Source: Macrostomum hystrix | Taxonomy: Eukaryota > Animalia > Platyhelminthes | Length of the DNA: 64,000 bases | Reading direction: 5' to 3' | NCBI GenBank assembly: GCA_950097015.1 | Contig: CATNEN010000038.1 | Coordinates: 34,658,001 to 34,722,000, forward strand | Shown: positions 48,101 to 60,718 of the stretch, one piece after another | Layout: the number at the start of each line of letters is the position of its first letter | Numbering within the stretch: position 1 is the first letter of the stretch | Made by a program: the position numbers and the translations under genes | Notes under the pieces: model-generated | Database searches by the model: none | What the model saw: the letters and a program-made list of their open reading frames with translations, nothing else | Told to the model about the DNA's origin: nothing

Positions 48101-51100
48101 GGGTTCTACCGCCGGTTCATCCCAGGCTTCAGCCAGACGGCGAGGGTCCTGCATGACGTCAGCGTGAAATCGAGGGACTTCGAGTGGAGCAGCGACTGCG
48201 AGCGAGCGTTCCACGAGTTGAAAGATCAGCTGACGACGGCTCCGGTGCTGAGGCTGCCGGATTTCACCAAGCAGTTCGTGCTCAGCTGCGACAGCAGTCA
48301 GTTCGCCGTCGGGGCGGTGCTCAGCCAGCTGCACGGAGACGCCGAGCTGCCTGTGGCGTTCGCCTCGCGCACCCTCAACAAGGCCGAGCGCAACTACTCG
48401 GCGACCGACCGTGAGCTGCTGGCGCTGGTCTGGAGTTTGAAGCACTTCAGGACGTACCTGCTGAGTGTCCCGAACTTCAGAGTTTACTCGGATCACCGGC
48501 CACTGCAAGGTCTGCTGACAACGAAGGACCCCGAAGGTCGGCTGGCGCGATGGCTTTCGACGCTGCAGCAGTTTTCGTTCGAGCTGCTGTACCGACCTGG
48601 CAGGGACAACGTCGTGCCGGATGCGCTGAGCCGGGTGGCCGGCACGCGCCTGCAGCCTCGGTGGGACGACAGAAGCCTACACGAGGAGCAACGGCAAGAC
48701 CCGCTGCTGAGCAAGGCGTTCCAGGCGCTGACCGAAGGGGTCGACAGCCTGTCCGATTCATGGGCGGCGCAGGTTCGCGAGCTGCTGGACGGGGCCTCGG
48801 TGAGCTCGGCGGGTGTCCTGCTGGTGGGTGGCCGGCCAGTCATTCCCGGTCACCTGCGGCCACATTTCCTGCAGCAGGCGCACTCGTGCGACCAGAGCGG
48901 ACACCTCGGCGTCGACAGGACCGGAGCGAGGCTGTCTGAGCGCTGCTGGTGGCCTGGTCTGCGACGGGACGTCGAGAACTGGGTGGCCAGCTGCGCGGTC
49001 TGCCTGGCCAAGAAGAGTCCAACCAAGCCGCAGAAAGCGCCGCTGCAGTCGACGTGCCAGCCGACGGCTCCGTGGCAGCTGGTGCAGATCGACATCAAAG
49101 GGCCGCTTCCGCGTACGACCGATGGCAAGGCGTACATCCTGAGCATGTGCGACGCCTTCTCCAAGTGGATGGAGACGGCAGCCCTGGCGGGGATCGACGC
49201 GGTGACGGTGGCAGATGCACTGCTCAAGTTGGTAGTTTTGCGTCACGGCGCTCCTCAGGTGCTGCACAGTGACCAGGGGCGTCAATTCGTGTTCGGCCGG
49301 CTCTGCGAGCAGCTGGGCGTCGAGAAGACGCGCACGTCGCCGTTTCATCCGAGCGGAAACGGAATCGTCGAGCGAGGCAACCGGACGCTCGGTGACATGC
49401 TGGCGACGACGGTGGCCGAGAACCAGCAGGACTGGGACAGCAAGCTGCCGTATGTTACCTGGGCCTACAATACCTCCGTGCACAGCACGACCGGCCTCAG
49501 CCCATACCAGGTCCTCCACGACTGGCCACCGAGGCTGGCTCTCGACAGTTGGCTGATAAGCGGCGACCGGCCGGCAGCCGACGGTGAACATCACGGCTTC
49601 TTGCGGCGGACTCAGGAGAACCTGCAGAGCGCCTTCGACACGGTGCACAGCCGACTGCGAAGCGCCCAGGTCGAGCGCAACCGGCTGGCCAACCGGGACT
49701 CTCGGTTCGTGCCGTTCGAAGAGGGCCAGCTAGTGATGCTGCGCAACTCTGTCATCAAGCGCGGCCAGACACGGTGCCTCAGCGCCAAGTGGAAGGGGCC
49801 GTACCGAGTCCTGAGGCGCCTGGGTGAGGTCAATTACCGCATCCAGGACGAGGCTGGCCGCAGGCGCCGGCTGGTGGTGCACCACGACCGCCTCAAGCGC
49901 TTCGTGCAGCGGCGGGCGTCACTGGAGCTTCCAGCCGCTGCAGACCGTCGACCGCCGGCCGCCGACGCCGACAACGACGGCACCGCCGCAGAGCCGCCCG
50001 GGCAAGCGGCCGATCCTGGCGGCGACGCGGTGGCCTTCTGGCCCGAGCTGCAGGCAGACGAGGTACACGAGGAGCCGCTGGCGGCACCGGCCGAGCCGGT
50101 CATCGTTCCGCGGCGATCGGCTAGAGAGCGGCGGCCACCGGATTTGTACATGGCGGGCTTTGCTTGACTTGGGACTGTCTTTTGCTTCTAGGGGGAAAGT
50201 AGTGTAGTCTGGCTTGTTGGTGCGCGTGCAATTAGATGTGCACGCGCGGCTTGTTTGGGGTGGGGGGTTTAGCGCTGCAGCGTGCGTTCGCTTAGGGTGG
50301 TTGCACCCACCCCAACTTTGCCGTTAAATATATTTGCGTGAGCCAGTGAGGGCTCCTGGCGTGATTGTTATGTTCTACAACTTAACCCAAGACAACTTAA
50401 GACAACTTAAGTCTTACAGACTTAAAGAACTCATTAGTCTATCTCCCTATCTCCCTACTAAAGAACCAGATGACGGAATGAGAGAAACTCATTAAGAACC
50501 AGATGACGGAATGAGAGAAACTCATTAAGACCCAGATGATGGAATGAGAGAAACTCATTAAGAACCAGATGACGGAATGAGAGAAACTCATTAAGAACCA
50601 GATGACGGAATGGGAGAAACTCATTAAGACCCAGATGATGGAATGAGAGAAACTCATTAAGAACCAGATGACGGAATGAGAGAAACTCATTAAGAACCAG
50701 ATGATGGAAAGAGAGAAACTCATTAAGAACCAGATGATGGAATGAGAGAAACTCATTAAGAACCAGATGATGGAATGAGAGAAACTCATTAAGAACCAGA
50801 TGATGGAATGAGAGAAACTCATTAAGAACCAGATGATGGAAAGAGAGAAACTCATTAAGAACCAGATGACGGAATGAGAGAAACTCATTAAGAACCAGAT
50901 GATGGAATGAGAGAAACTCATTATAAGAACCAGATGATATACTAAAACAAATTGTCCAAGAACCAATTGATGGAATGGCAGAACACAGAAAATAGTTTCT
51001 AGTAATGACAAAAACGCCCCCAAACAATGACCTCTTTCTGGCGCAGAGTAGACTTAGCCTGCCATCGTCCACCATCTCGTTATTGGCGCTAGCTGCAGCA

Positions 51101-51438
51101 GTAGCACCAGGCATGTTCGCTGACAAACGGCTAGCAAATGCTGGAATGCTGGATTCGAGCTGACGGCAGCAGCGTCGCACAGCCAAGACATTGTCGCCGA
51201 CGACTCGAACTCGACACCGCGGCATCACAAAGTTGACGGGGGTCACTCTCGACCCTTTTCGACCATGCTTTTGTTGTGTCTCGCTTAACAATGGCAGGAA
51301 GCTAATCCGACAGCGGTGACGCTGGATGATTCGTCGTAGGTTCGGATCGTCGGCAACTTGACCGACGTCTTCATTGATCAGCGGGATGATGAACTCCTCT
51401 ATGGCCGAGGGAACTCGCTGGCCACTAACTCGGCGCAT
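45102..51438 (-). CDS. Putative 3-exon orphan gene with a KH-like N-terminal domain; Gypsy element in intron 1
   Basis: GC-rich coding-like islands at 51438-~51040, 46541-46201 (CTAAT branch, CTAG| acceptor, TTAG|GTGAG donor, phase 1) and 45412-45102 (TCAG|, frame matches). The exon 1 donor is not clearly identified. Confidence 0.4.
45470..45935. repeat. Polypyrimidine low-complexity repeat
   Basis: Read directly. Confidence 0.9.
46666..46862 (+). repeat. 5' LTR (197 bp)
   Basis: Nearly identical to 50203-50418. Confidence 0.95.
46864..46876 (+). other. Primer-binding site complementary to the tRNA-Leu 3' end
   Basis: TGGTGGCAGCGGT, 1 nt after the LTR, complements ...ACCGCUGCCACCA. Confidence 0.8.
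46883..47677 (+). CDS. gag: Gypsy Gag with two CCHC zinc knuckles
   Basis: PSKFSGD..WL..FE; RKRQPNES; CFSCGELGHIARRC and CSRCSGKGHSAAVC. Confidence 0.9.
   Translation: MAKSEQASLLPSKFSGDSNVRTWLSTFEDFADDCEWDDKKKAKKLRLLVTGEAQIFVWEQPEDVSASYEKLKEKLIECFGNSLSCYRAMEDFEERKRQPNESLRELAYSLKLLHLRARPDDSVAAREKDVKFRLMRLLPSAVRDALLKDQDVDSCSLAAIVDRAARLELVSHATTASSAAVSVEHRRLSQLEQQMQQLTASVRAGPPGRDRRQKGPIKCFSCGELGHIARRCPKATGIRCSRCSGKGHSAAVCPTPTGQPQGNF
47714..50167 (+). pseudogene. pol: Truncated Gypsy Pol (partial RT, RNase H, integrase with GPY/F)
   Basis: Begins mid-RT (GLMQF..MGFGMCNAPATFQR); catalytic YIDD reads YIED; RNase H (CDSS, RELLA, SDHRPL); integrase HHCC and D-D-E; WKGPY. Confidence 0.9.
50203..50418 (+). 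repeat. 3' LTR (216 bp, with a short templated insertion)
   Basis: Follows the PPT; ends GTCTTACA. Confidence 0.93.
50458..50938. repeat. 33-bp minisatellite (CTCATTAAGAACCAGATGAYGGAATGAGAGAAA)n
   Basis: About 14 units. Confidence 0.96.
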
Positions 51439-51619
51439 AAGAGCAGATCAAAGTGGCGGGGTTTACCGAGGCTATCTAAATAACTAATTTATGCTTAATT
51501 GAACTCTAGCTGGTCAAACTCTACTTGTACCGTGTTAAATGCATCCTTAATCACTTCTGGCCATAGATTATCAATACAAGCGGCTGCTTATGTGCTAAAC
51601 ATGACTTTAGAGTGTTCTG

Positions 51620-53245
51620 GCTGCGATTCTATTTATACAGATCTAGCTGCGATTCTAGCTATTGAGATCTAGCTGCGATTCTAGTTATTGAGATCTAGCT
51701 GCGATTCTAGTTATTGAGATCTAGCAGCGATTCTAGTTATTGAGATCTAGCTGCGATTCTAGTTATACAGATCTAGCTGCGATTCTAGCTATTGAGATCT
51801 AGCTGCGATTCTAGTTATTGAGATCTAGCTGCGATTCTAGGTATTGAGATCTAGCTGCGATTCTAGTTATTGAGATCTAGCTGCGATTCTAGTTATTGAG
51901 ATCTAGCAGCGATTCTAGTTATTGAGATCAAGCTGCGATTCTAGTTATACAGATCTAGCTGCGATTCTAGCTATTGAGATCTAGCTGCGATTCTAGTTAT
52001 TGAGATCTAGCTGCGATTCTAGTTATTGAGATCTAGCTGCGATTCTAGTTATACAGATCTAGCTGCGATTCTAGCTATTGAGATCTAGCTGCGATTCTAG
52101 TTATACAGATCTAGCTGCGATTCTAGTTATTGAGATCTAGCTGCGATTCTAGTTATTGAGATCTAGCTGCGATTCTAGCTATTGAGATCTAGCTGCGATT
52201 CTAGTTATACAGATCTAGCTGCGATTCTAGTTATTGAGATCTAGCTGCGATTCTAGTTATTGAGATCTAGCTGCGATTCTAGCTATTGAGATCTAGCTGC
52301 GATTCTAGGTATACAGATCTTGCTGCGATTCTAGTTATTGAGATCTAGCTGCGATTCTAGGTATACAGATCTTGCTGCGATTCTAGTTATTGAGATCTAG
52401 CTGCGATTCTAGCTATTGAGATCTAGCTGTGTTTCTAGCTATTGAGATCTAGCTGCGATTCTAGCTATTGAGATCTAGCTGCGATTCTAGTTATTGAGAT
52501 CTAGCAGCGATTCTAGTTATACAGATCTAGCTGCGATTCTAGTTATACAGATCTAGCAGCGATTCTAGTTATACAGATCTAGCAGCGATTCTAGCTATTG
52601 AGATCTAGCTGCGATTCTAGTTATTGAGATCTAGCTGCGATTCTAGTTATTGAGATCTAGCAGCGATTCTAGTTATTGAGATCTAGCTGCGATTCTAGGT
52701 ATACAGATCTTGCTGCGATTCTAGTTATTGAGATCTAGCTGCGATTCTAGTTATTGAGATCTAGCAGCGATTCTAGTTATTGAGATCAAGCTGCGATTCT
52801 AGTTATACAGATCTAGCTGCGATTCTAGCTATTGAGATCTAGCTGCGATTCTAGTTATTGAGATCTAGCTGCGATTCTAGTTATTGAGATCTAGCAGCGA
52901 TTCTAGTTATTGAGATCTAGCTGCGATTCTAGGTATACAGATCTTGCTGCGATTCTAGTTATTGAGATCTAGCTGCGATTCTAGGTATACAGATCTTGCT
53001 GCGATTCTAGTTATTGAGATCTAGCTGCGATTCTAGCTATTGAGATCTAGCTGTGTTTCTAGCTATTGAGATCTAGCTGCGATTCTAGCTATTGAGATCT
53101 AGCTGCGATTCTAGTTATTGAGATCTAGCAGCGATTCTAGTTATACAGATCTAGCTGCGATTCTAGTTATACAGATCTAGCAGCGATTCTAGTTATACAG
53201 ATCTAGCTGCGTTTCTAGCTATTGAGATCTAGCTGCGATTCTAAC
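51620..53245. repeat. 26-bp minisatellite (GAGATCTAGCTGCGATTCTAGTTATT)n
   Basis: About 62 units. Confidence 0.97.
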
Positions 53246-53530
53246 TATTTAAGAATCGAAGTTTAGCTACGTGAGTTCCACTGAGTTTAGCCAAGAAACG
53301 CACATTAAAGCATTTTTTTTTGTAAATGAAGTTAAGGCACTTTGAGCCGATAATTCGCTTGTTTTTTTGACATTTTAATAGTGTTTCGCTGTCTAACCAT
53401 AGACACTGCTTGAGTACCCGCAAAATACTGCCACTAATAGGAATTGAAATTTAAATAATCAATTGAATTTCTCAACTGCCTGATAAAAAATTGTGGCCGG
53501 ATTGTCTGGCCGCTGATCCCAGCCGGCGAT

Positions 53531-56500
53531 ATGGGCAACATTCCGGGCAAGTCAGCGGACGCTCCACTGCTCAACTCGGCAACAAACCCCGATGAGCAGG
53601 CCACACCTTTCAGCCGCTACTACGAGATTAGCAAGGCCAGCGCCAGTCAGTGGCGGTCCAGATTCAATCAACGCCTAGCCGACGGTGTCATGAAAGACTT
53701 CTGGAGTCCGCCAGTTGGCTGCGAGGTGCCGGCGGATAATCTGGACGATTTTGTGCCAATCGACACTGGCTACCGACTGCCGCACGGTCATTTCGGAATC
53801 TTTCCGCTGGTGAAGTACAGACGCACTGGCAAGCTGTACAGGATGAAGATCTACTCCAAGAAGCTGATGCGAGAGTCCGGCATGCCGAAATGCTCGTCTA
53901 AGGTGCTGACTGAACTGCAGATACTGGCTAATGCTGACAATGTCTTCATATTGAAGTAAGTCTGTGTGTGCTTGCTGAAATCTATTTAAAACCAGCTGTT
54001 TCCCAAAATCTTGGTTCAGTGACACCTTCAGATTCTTTTTAAATCCAGATTCGTTAAACTCATGATTCGTTAAACTCATGATTCGTTAAACTCATGATTC
54101 GTTAAACTCATGATTCGTTAAACTCATGATTCGTTAAACTCATGATTCGTTAAACTCATGATTCGTTAAACTCATGATTCGTTAAACTCATGATTCGTTA
54201 AACTCATGATTCGTTAAACTCATGATTCGTTAAACTCATGATTCGTTAAACTCATGATTCGTTAAACTCATGATTCGTTAAACTCATGATTCGTTAAACT
54301 CATGATTCGTTAAACTCATGATTCGTTAAACTCATGATTCGTTAAACTCATGATTCGTTAAACTCATGATTCGTTAAACTCATGATTCGTTAAACTCATG
54401 ATTCGTTAAACTCATGATTCGTTAAACTCATGATTCGTTAAACCCATGATTCGTTAAACTCATGATTCGTTAAACTCATGATTCGTTAAACTCATGATTC
54501 GTTAAACCCATGATTCGTTAAACTCATGATTCGTTAAACTCATGATTCGTTAAACTCATGATTCGTTAAACTCATGATTCGTTAAACTCATGATTCGTTA
54601 AACTCATGATTCGTTAAACCCATGATTCGTTAAACTCATGATTCGTTAAACTCATGATTCGTTAAACTCATGATTCGTTAAACCCATGATTCGTTAAACT
54701 CATGATTCGTTAAACTCATGATTCGTTAAACTCATGATTCGTTAAACTCATGATTCGTTAAACTCATGATTCGTTAAACTCATGATTCGTTAAACTCATG
54801 ATTCGTTAAAATCCAGATACGTTAAAATCCGGATTCGTTAAACTCATGATTCGTTAAAATCCAGATACGTTAAAATCCAGATTCGTTAAACTCATGATTC
54901 GTTAAACTCATGATTCGCTAAAATCCAGATTCGTTAAAATCCAGATTCGTTAAAATCCAGATTCGTTAAAATCCAGATTCGTTAAAATCCAGATTCGTTA
55001 AAATCCAGATTCGTTAAAATCCAGATTCGTTAAAATCCAGATTCGTTAAAATCCAGATTCGTTAAAATCCAGATTCACACAAGAATCAATTCCTTAAAAA
55101 CACGTTTCATTGATGATTCATTGAAGTTGTGATTCAACGATTAATTTAGAAGAAGAAATCATGAAAATATGTATTTCATGAGAATCAGCATCAACTCTGG
55201 TCTACTCTCCCATCGAAAGGCTAAGAGGCTACTTCCTAGACTACATGAACATCTACATAGTGATGGAGGACTTCCCGGTCGGTGATTTGAACTCAGCTCT
55301 AATTCGCAGATCCTCCGTGTTTCCGGGCCTGCGCGAGGCAAAAATCCTCACGGAGAAGGAGGCCCGCTTCTTGGGAGCCCAGTTGATCCTGGCTCTGCAC
55401 TATTTGCACTCAATTAATGTCATGCACCGGGACATTAAGCCGCACAATGTGCTGTTAAAGATGGACGGCTATTTGGTGCTGTGCGATTTCGGATTCTCCA
55501 AGCTGATGCGCAATGAGCACAGGTAAGAAACTCATTGGCCGAGGTTCCGTCACGTGATTCGGTCAAGGACCACTATAGGAGTAGGGAGGTGCTGGGAAAC
55601 TACGTTTCTTAGAAAAACAAACTGATGCTGGCTTTCGCCAAGAAATGCAACTGCGACTATAACTCAATTCGAAATACAAATTTAATGACAAGTTTTTCAT
55701 AGGAGCTAGGTGGAAAAAACGAGGTTCTGCTCGTATTTTAATTTAATTTTACTTATTTATAGCTTCATAAATTTCTGTCAAGCTAAGGGGAGGGAGATCG
55801 ATTCCGCGTTTACGTCTGGCACCAAGGTCCCTGAGCTCGATTCCGCATTTATTTGGGGCGAAGCAGCGGAAGAGACGGCTGGGGGCTTGTTGTGCAATTA
55901 ACGCCCTTGAGAGCTGCAACCTTCAAGGCACCACTGCCTGATATTGAGAAAAGTCAGCTGGCGAATGTACACACTTATGTGTGCTCAGGAGTCAGCGGAA
56001 TGGGCAGAATTGCCTCCTCGCTGGCTGCGGGTCCAGTGTCACCAAATGATGCGTCATTGCCCGCAGTTATCCTGTAACAAAAATTATTATTATGTTTGAT
56101 AATTTATATGGAAAGAAGAGCTTCCACCAGAAAGCAATCGCCATTTTATTGTGAAAAGTGAGCATTTCTAACTATAGCCGGATTTTGAATATTTTATCGA
56201 AAACCAGCCTCCTAAGTATTTTTCTAAGAAACGTATGGTAGTTCCCGTCCTAATTGCTACTCACAGTGGTCGTTGTCTCCCTATGTTTTCATTTGCAGGA
56301 CTTATTCAATTCTCGGCACATGGGATTTTATGGCTCCTGAGATTCTGCGGAGTCAAGGCTACTCATATTGCGCTGACTTCTGGGGCTATGGCTGCATCTT
56401 GCACCAACTTGTCGCTGGCTGTCCACCCTACAAGCACGTTCCTAAGACTGGAAACGGGCTTCACTTTGAGTATCGCAATCTAATGCCGACTGTTGCGCTA

Positions 56501-56929
56501 AGCAAACGCCATCCAGTCATTTCCAGCAGCTCTCAGTACACGTGGGAAGAATTCGATCGAAACAATTTTGAGAGGCAAAGTAAGGTTAGCTCACTACTGT
56601 CAGACTTAATATTCCATTTGCTGCGATTTGATCCGTATCAGCGTTTGGGTAGCTCCATAATGATTGAACGAAATCCAGATCGTGCCGGAAAAGGAGCCAT
56701 GGAAATAATATCGCACATGTGGTTTAAAGACATCGACTTTTTTAAACTGCAAGAACAAAGAATCCCAGCTCCTTGGAAACCGAGACGACTCGAATACAAC
56801 AATATATCCGAAAGTAATTGGATAAAATTTGATGTGATAGAACACATTGATCCGAATGATACAGAGAGGCCGCCTCAAATACGTTCCATTCAACCAAACG
56901 AGATGTCGAAGTTATCGTTAAAAATGTAG
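53531..56929 (+). CDS. Divergent AGC-family (PKA catalytic subunit-like) Ser/Thr kinase, 3 exons
   Basis: MGN start (myristoylation-type), HGHFG loop, YRMK, TELQIL, HRDIKPHN, DFG, RTYSILGTWDFMAPE, DFWGYG, QRLGS, HMWFKDIDF, PAPWKP. Exons 53531-53955, 55220-55522, 56299-56929 (both introns phase 2). Confidence 0.9.
54040..55076. repeat. 16-bp minisatellites (GATTCGTTAAACTCAT)n then (GATTCGTTAAAATCCA)n in kinase intron 1
   Basis: About 64 units. Confidence 0.97.
55800..56093 (+). mobile_element. SINE family 1 copy in kinase intron 2
   Basis: Colinear with 25866-26230, with deletions. Confidence 0.85.
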
Positions 56930-57471
56930 TGCGCCTTTGTTTTGTGCTTATAACTGTGCAATGGAGGGCCAAACAAAAACTAACCTGTCCCGAATGCTCA
57001 TCGGTTTTTTGTAACGTCAGTATTTTTTTTAATGTACGTCTTGAAATAGTATATATCACGGGTTTTTACGAATTATTTTACTTGGAACTACAATTTAAAT
57101 ACTTTTCAAAAAATTACGCGTAGTCCTGAACAGAACTTGGCTAAAGTAACAAGTTTAAATTATCGTTTTCCTCGAAATCAATGCTTTTTAACTGTGTTTT
57201 CAAATACAAAGTTGTTAACATGTCAAGTAAATATTAAACTTACATAGCAAAAGAAAAAATAAATTTAATTTATAAAAAAGAGAATATACTACTATTTCCA
57301 ACAATATTCTTTCATGCTTTTTGCTGAAACTAAACTCTTTAATACAAATAGATTTGAGAATTTTCAATTATCTATATTGCATGATTTTGTCATTGATACA
57401 AATACTTTGTCATTGATACAAACCTTGATTTACAGTACTGTGGGTACAAAAAAATAACTATCTGCAAAGCA

Positions 57472-60400
57472 ATGGCTACTTTACAGTCAATTGCATCAAT
57501 CTCAAGCACAGTTGCTGCTCGAAATGCCACATTTGGACAGATTATAAGAGGTCACTCCGATTTAGAGAATAAAGAGGAATCTATTGTCACAGGAGGTGAT
57601 GGGGCTGGTGAGTGTTCAAACGATTCCTCTGTTCTTTGTATCTATTTGTGGCAAATTCTTAACTTTTATATATAAAGTTCCATATTTGCTATTGCCTAGT
57701 GTAGGCCCTACCCATGGCCATGTGCCTAGATAAATACTATATTTTTGATTTGTCTAAATTAATTAAAAGAAGCTACCAAAGGCAGCTTGGTGTAGCTATT
57801 GTTCCTTTTTTCAGTTTTTCTTAAACTGAGAAAAGTGAGAATTCATGGAGCATAGGCCTATATGTACTATTTACAGTAGGGTAATTGGTAATGGATCATC
57901 AACCAAACAAGAATGTGTATTTTTTTACTTCGAATCTAAGCTACAGATTTTCTATTTAAGATATGCTGATAAATCAAAAGCCAAGTTATAGAAAACAGTT
58001 ATATCTTTCTAAATAGTATCTGCTTTTGCTATTTTGTCGAATAGAAAAAAAGTAATTTGTATTTTTCATCTCAAAACAGAACAATGATTTTCATGTATCT
58101 TCAAACCAAATGAAGAATCTGATATTCGGTTTTACAATTTGAGTGAGTGGTTTAATCTTATTTTAAAGAGTGAACTATTATGAATTATGTCATTTGAAAG
58201 CATTTCTCATGCTCTACAAATAATTGCATTTATGGTCTTTTAATTGGAAAGCAACTGCATACAACCTTAGTCTAAAGTACATACAGAAAAAATATAAAAA
58301 AGTAAGCTTTTGTTATAAAAATTTCTACTGAAATGTCCATATCTTTCTTTCCTCATTGCATGTCATACCTCAGCTTGTAGATAATTTCTTTGCCTTTCAA
58401 AGTAGTTGTTCTGTGAAACACAATAGGCCCTAGCTTGTTTTTGTCTTGCACAAGACCAAGGAAGGAGTCAAAATTCTTGTTTGGTTTTGAAGATACACTG
58501 TTCAGTTGATGATACATTACCCTAGGCCTAGCTAAAGTATTATTAAGTCTAATAACTAGGTATCAGTTTATTTTTGTTTCTCTCTTTTGGGTCTTCATTA
58601 TTTTATTATTCTTTTACACCTGAAAGGTAGCTAGCAAGCTTTCTATACAAATTATTTTAGTTTTTTTAACAATTTATTTGTGAATTGAATTTGTGCTAAA
58701 TTAAAATCTAAATATAATGTGGCCATTTTAAGTATTAATTAGAAAATCATTTTTCATAACTTTAATAATTAGCCTAGCTTGGCTGCCTAGGCTTAGTCAT
58801 TTTATTTGGTCTTGTTATCTGGCATGGGCACATAGCCTGCTCTTCTGGTTATCTTGTGAATAAAAGCTAGATTTCAAGATACAATTAGCTGTAGCTAAAG
58901 TGTTTTAGAATTTTATAGCTACTGCTGTTCTAGGCATTTATTTTGGGGGTATACAGTATATATATATATATATTTAAATATAGCTGGCTATATGTTTTAG
59001 TAATAGTACAAATCTAACAATAGTGCAGTGCTATAATTAGGACTAATTTATTAAAACTTGGAATGAGATTTGTACATATTTACATATTTTACAACTCAAT
59101 GAACTTAACTGAAGCACTAGGCAATTTCGTATCTGTTCCTTGATATATATTATGTACAGAGATGTCCTGGGACAATGACTGGAGTTGGGACGAAGAGGCC
59201 CAACAAAAGGACTCCGAGATGGCTGATGGTGGCTCAGGCACAGCTGCCAATATTGACTGGTCACATGACGACATAATGCACTCGCTGTCGCCTCTAGCCG
59301 ATATTGTTGTGTTTGCCAATAGGACCAGCATTGTCTGTCTAAGGCGTGAGTTATTTAATTAGGGCAATAAAATGTAATACAGTTTAATTTAAGTAGTAAA
59401 GTGTACTCAATCTACTCTAACTATTATTTTTCGTTAGGCCACCTGGATGGCACCGAAGTGGCCTATCAGCTTCTATTTGATCATTATCAACCAGACTCGG
59501 CTCTGGTGTAAGACCTAATTTAACTTGAATTACCTGAAATTAACTAGTTATTTACTAGACTTACTAGGAAAAAAACGATACACTACTTTTTTAATGCAGT
59601 GGTCCCATCACCTGCGTTCTGTGTCTGCCTCTGGCTACTCACAAGCAGTGAGTGATGTCTTCACATAATCGATAATATCTTATCGTACCAAAACTATTTT
59701 TTCTTGAAAATTAAACGCATACGAATTTCTAGAAGTCTTCAAGGCTCGCCAGAATGGACTTGCGTTATTTTGGGTCACGAAAGTGGTCATGTGACATTTC
59801 TAACTGAGGTAAAATTCAAGTCATATTCATTTATTAAGGACATAGAATAAATACATTATTTCTGCGTTTTTCGTAATTTCTAGACTGGCGATCGTGTGCT
59901 AACCCAGTACTGGCATAACACACCAGTGCAGAGTTTGAAATACAATTCATATCGCGCTGCAGCTCATAGCAATGATAGAGACTTGGTGAGTCTTAGTGAT
60001 AAGTCTTTGAAAATTTTATCTTTTAACTTTGGTCAAATTTTGGTAGGTTATTCTTAAATTTGAGATTTCGCTACAAATTTTTCTATAAGGTTGAGATTTG
60101 AGTAGGTTTTCTAAAGGGTTGAGATTTGAGTAGGTTTTCTAAAGGGTTGAGATTTGAGTAGGTTTTCTAAAGGGTACAGATTTGAGTAGGTTTTCTAAAG
60201 GGTTGAGATTTGAGTAGGTTTTCTAAAGGGTTGAGATTTGAGTAGGTTTTCTATAGGGTTGAGATTTGAGTAGGTTTTCTAAAGGGTTGAGATTTGAGTA
60301 GGTTTTCTAAAGGGTACAGATTTGAGTAGGTTTTCTAAAGGGTACAGATTTGAGTAGGTTTTCTAAAGGGTTGAGATTTGAGTAGGTTTTCTAAAGGGTT

Positions 60401-60684
60401 GAGATTTGAGTTAAGAGGTAAACTTTCGGTATTTTGCAAGGAAGTGAGATTTTGAAGAACTCTTTAAAATAAAATAAAATATTTTTAGCGGCTCTAATTT
60501 AAACAGTTCTTTCTTAGATTTTATAGATCGTCAATAGCTCACTAATTTCAAATCATTTAATCTAACCAGCAAGAGGAGCTGAGCTTACTTCACACTGACG
60601 CCCTGGTGGTAGTTGACGGCCAGTCTCTATGCCAGACACTCAAAGCCTGTCGTCATCAGCTTGCGAGAAACGCTTCAGGCGCTA

Positions 60685-60718
<34 letters not shown>

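Larger units (their letters stand above)
46666..50418 (+). mobile_element. Ty3/Gypsy LTR retrotransposon, internally deleted (protease and N-terminal RT missing)
   Basis: TGT...ACA LTRs at 46666-46862 and 50203-50418; 4-bp TSD GACT (46662-46665 / 50419-50422); PBS TGGTGGCAGCGGT; PPT AGGGGGAAAGTAG; domain order RT-RH-IN. Confidence 0.95.

Noticed and set aside
39563-50207. Alternative-frame and antisense ORFs within the LINE and Gypsy elements
   Set aside because: Shadows of GC-rich TE genes with no recognisable motifs
50458-51000. C-terminal (FHHLVLNEFLS)n part of the 326-aa ORF as protein
   Set aside because: Read-through into a 33-bp minisatellite, probably intronic
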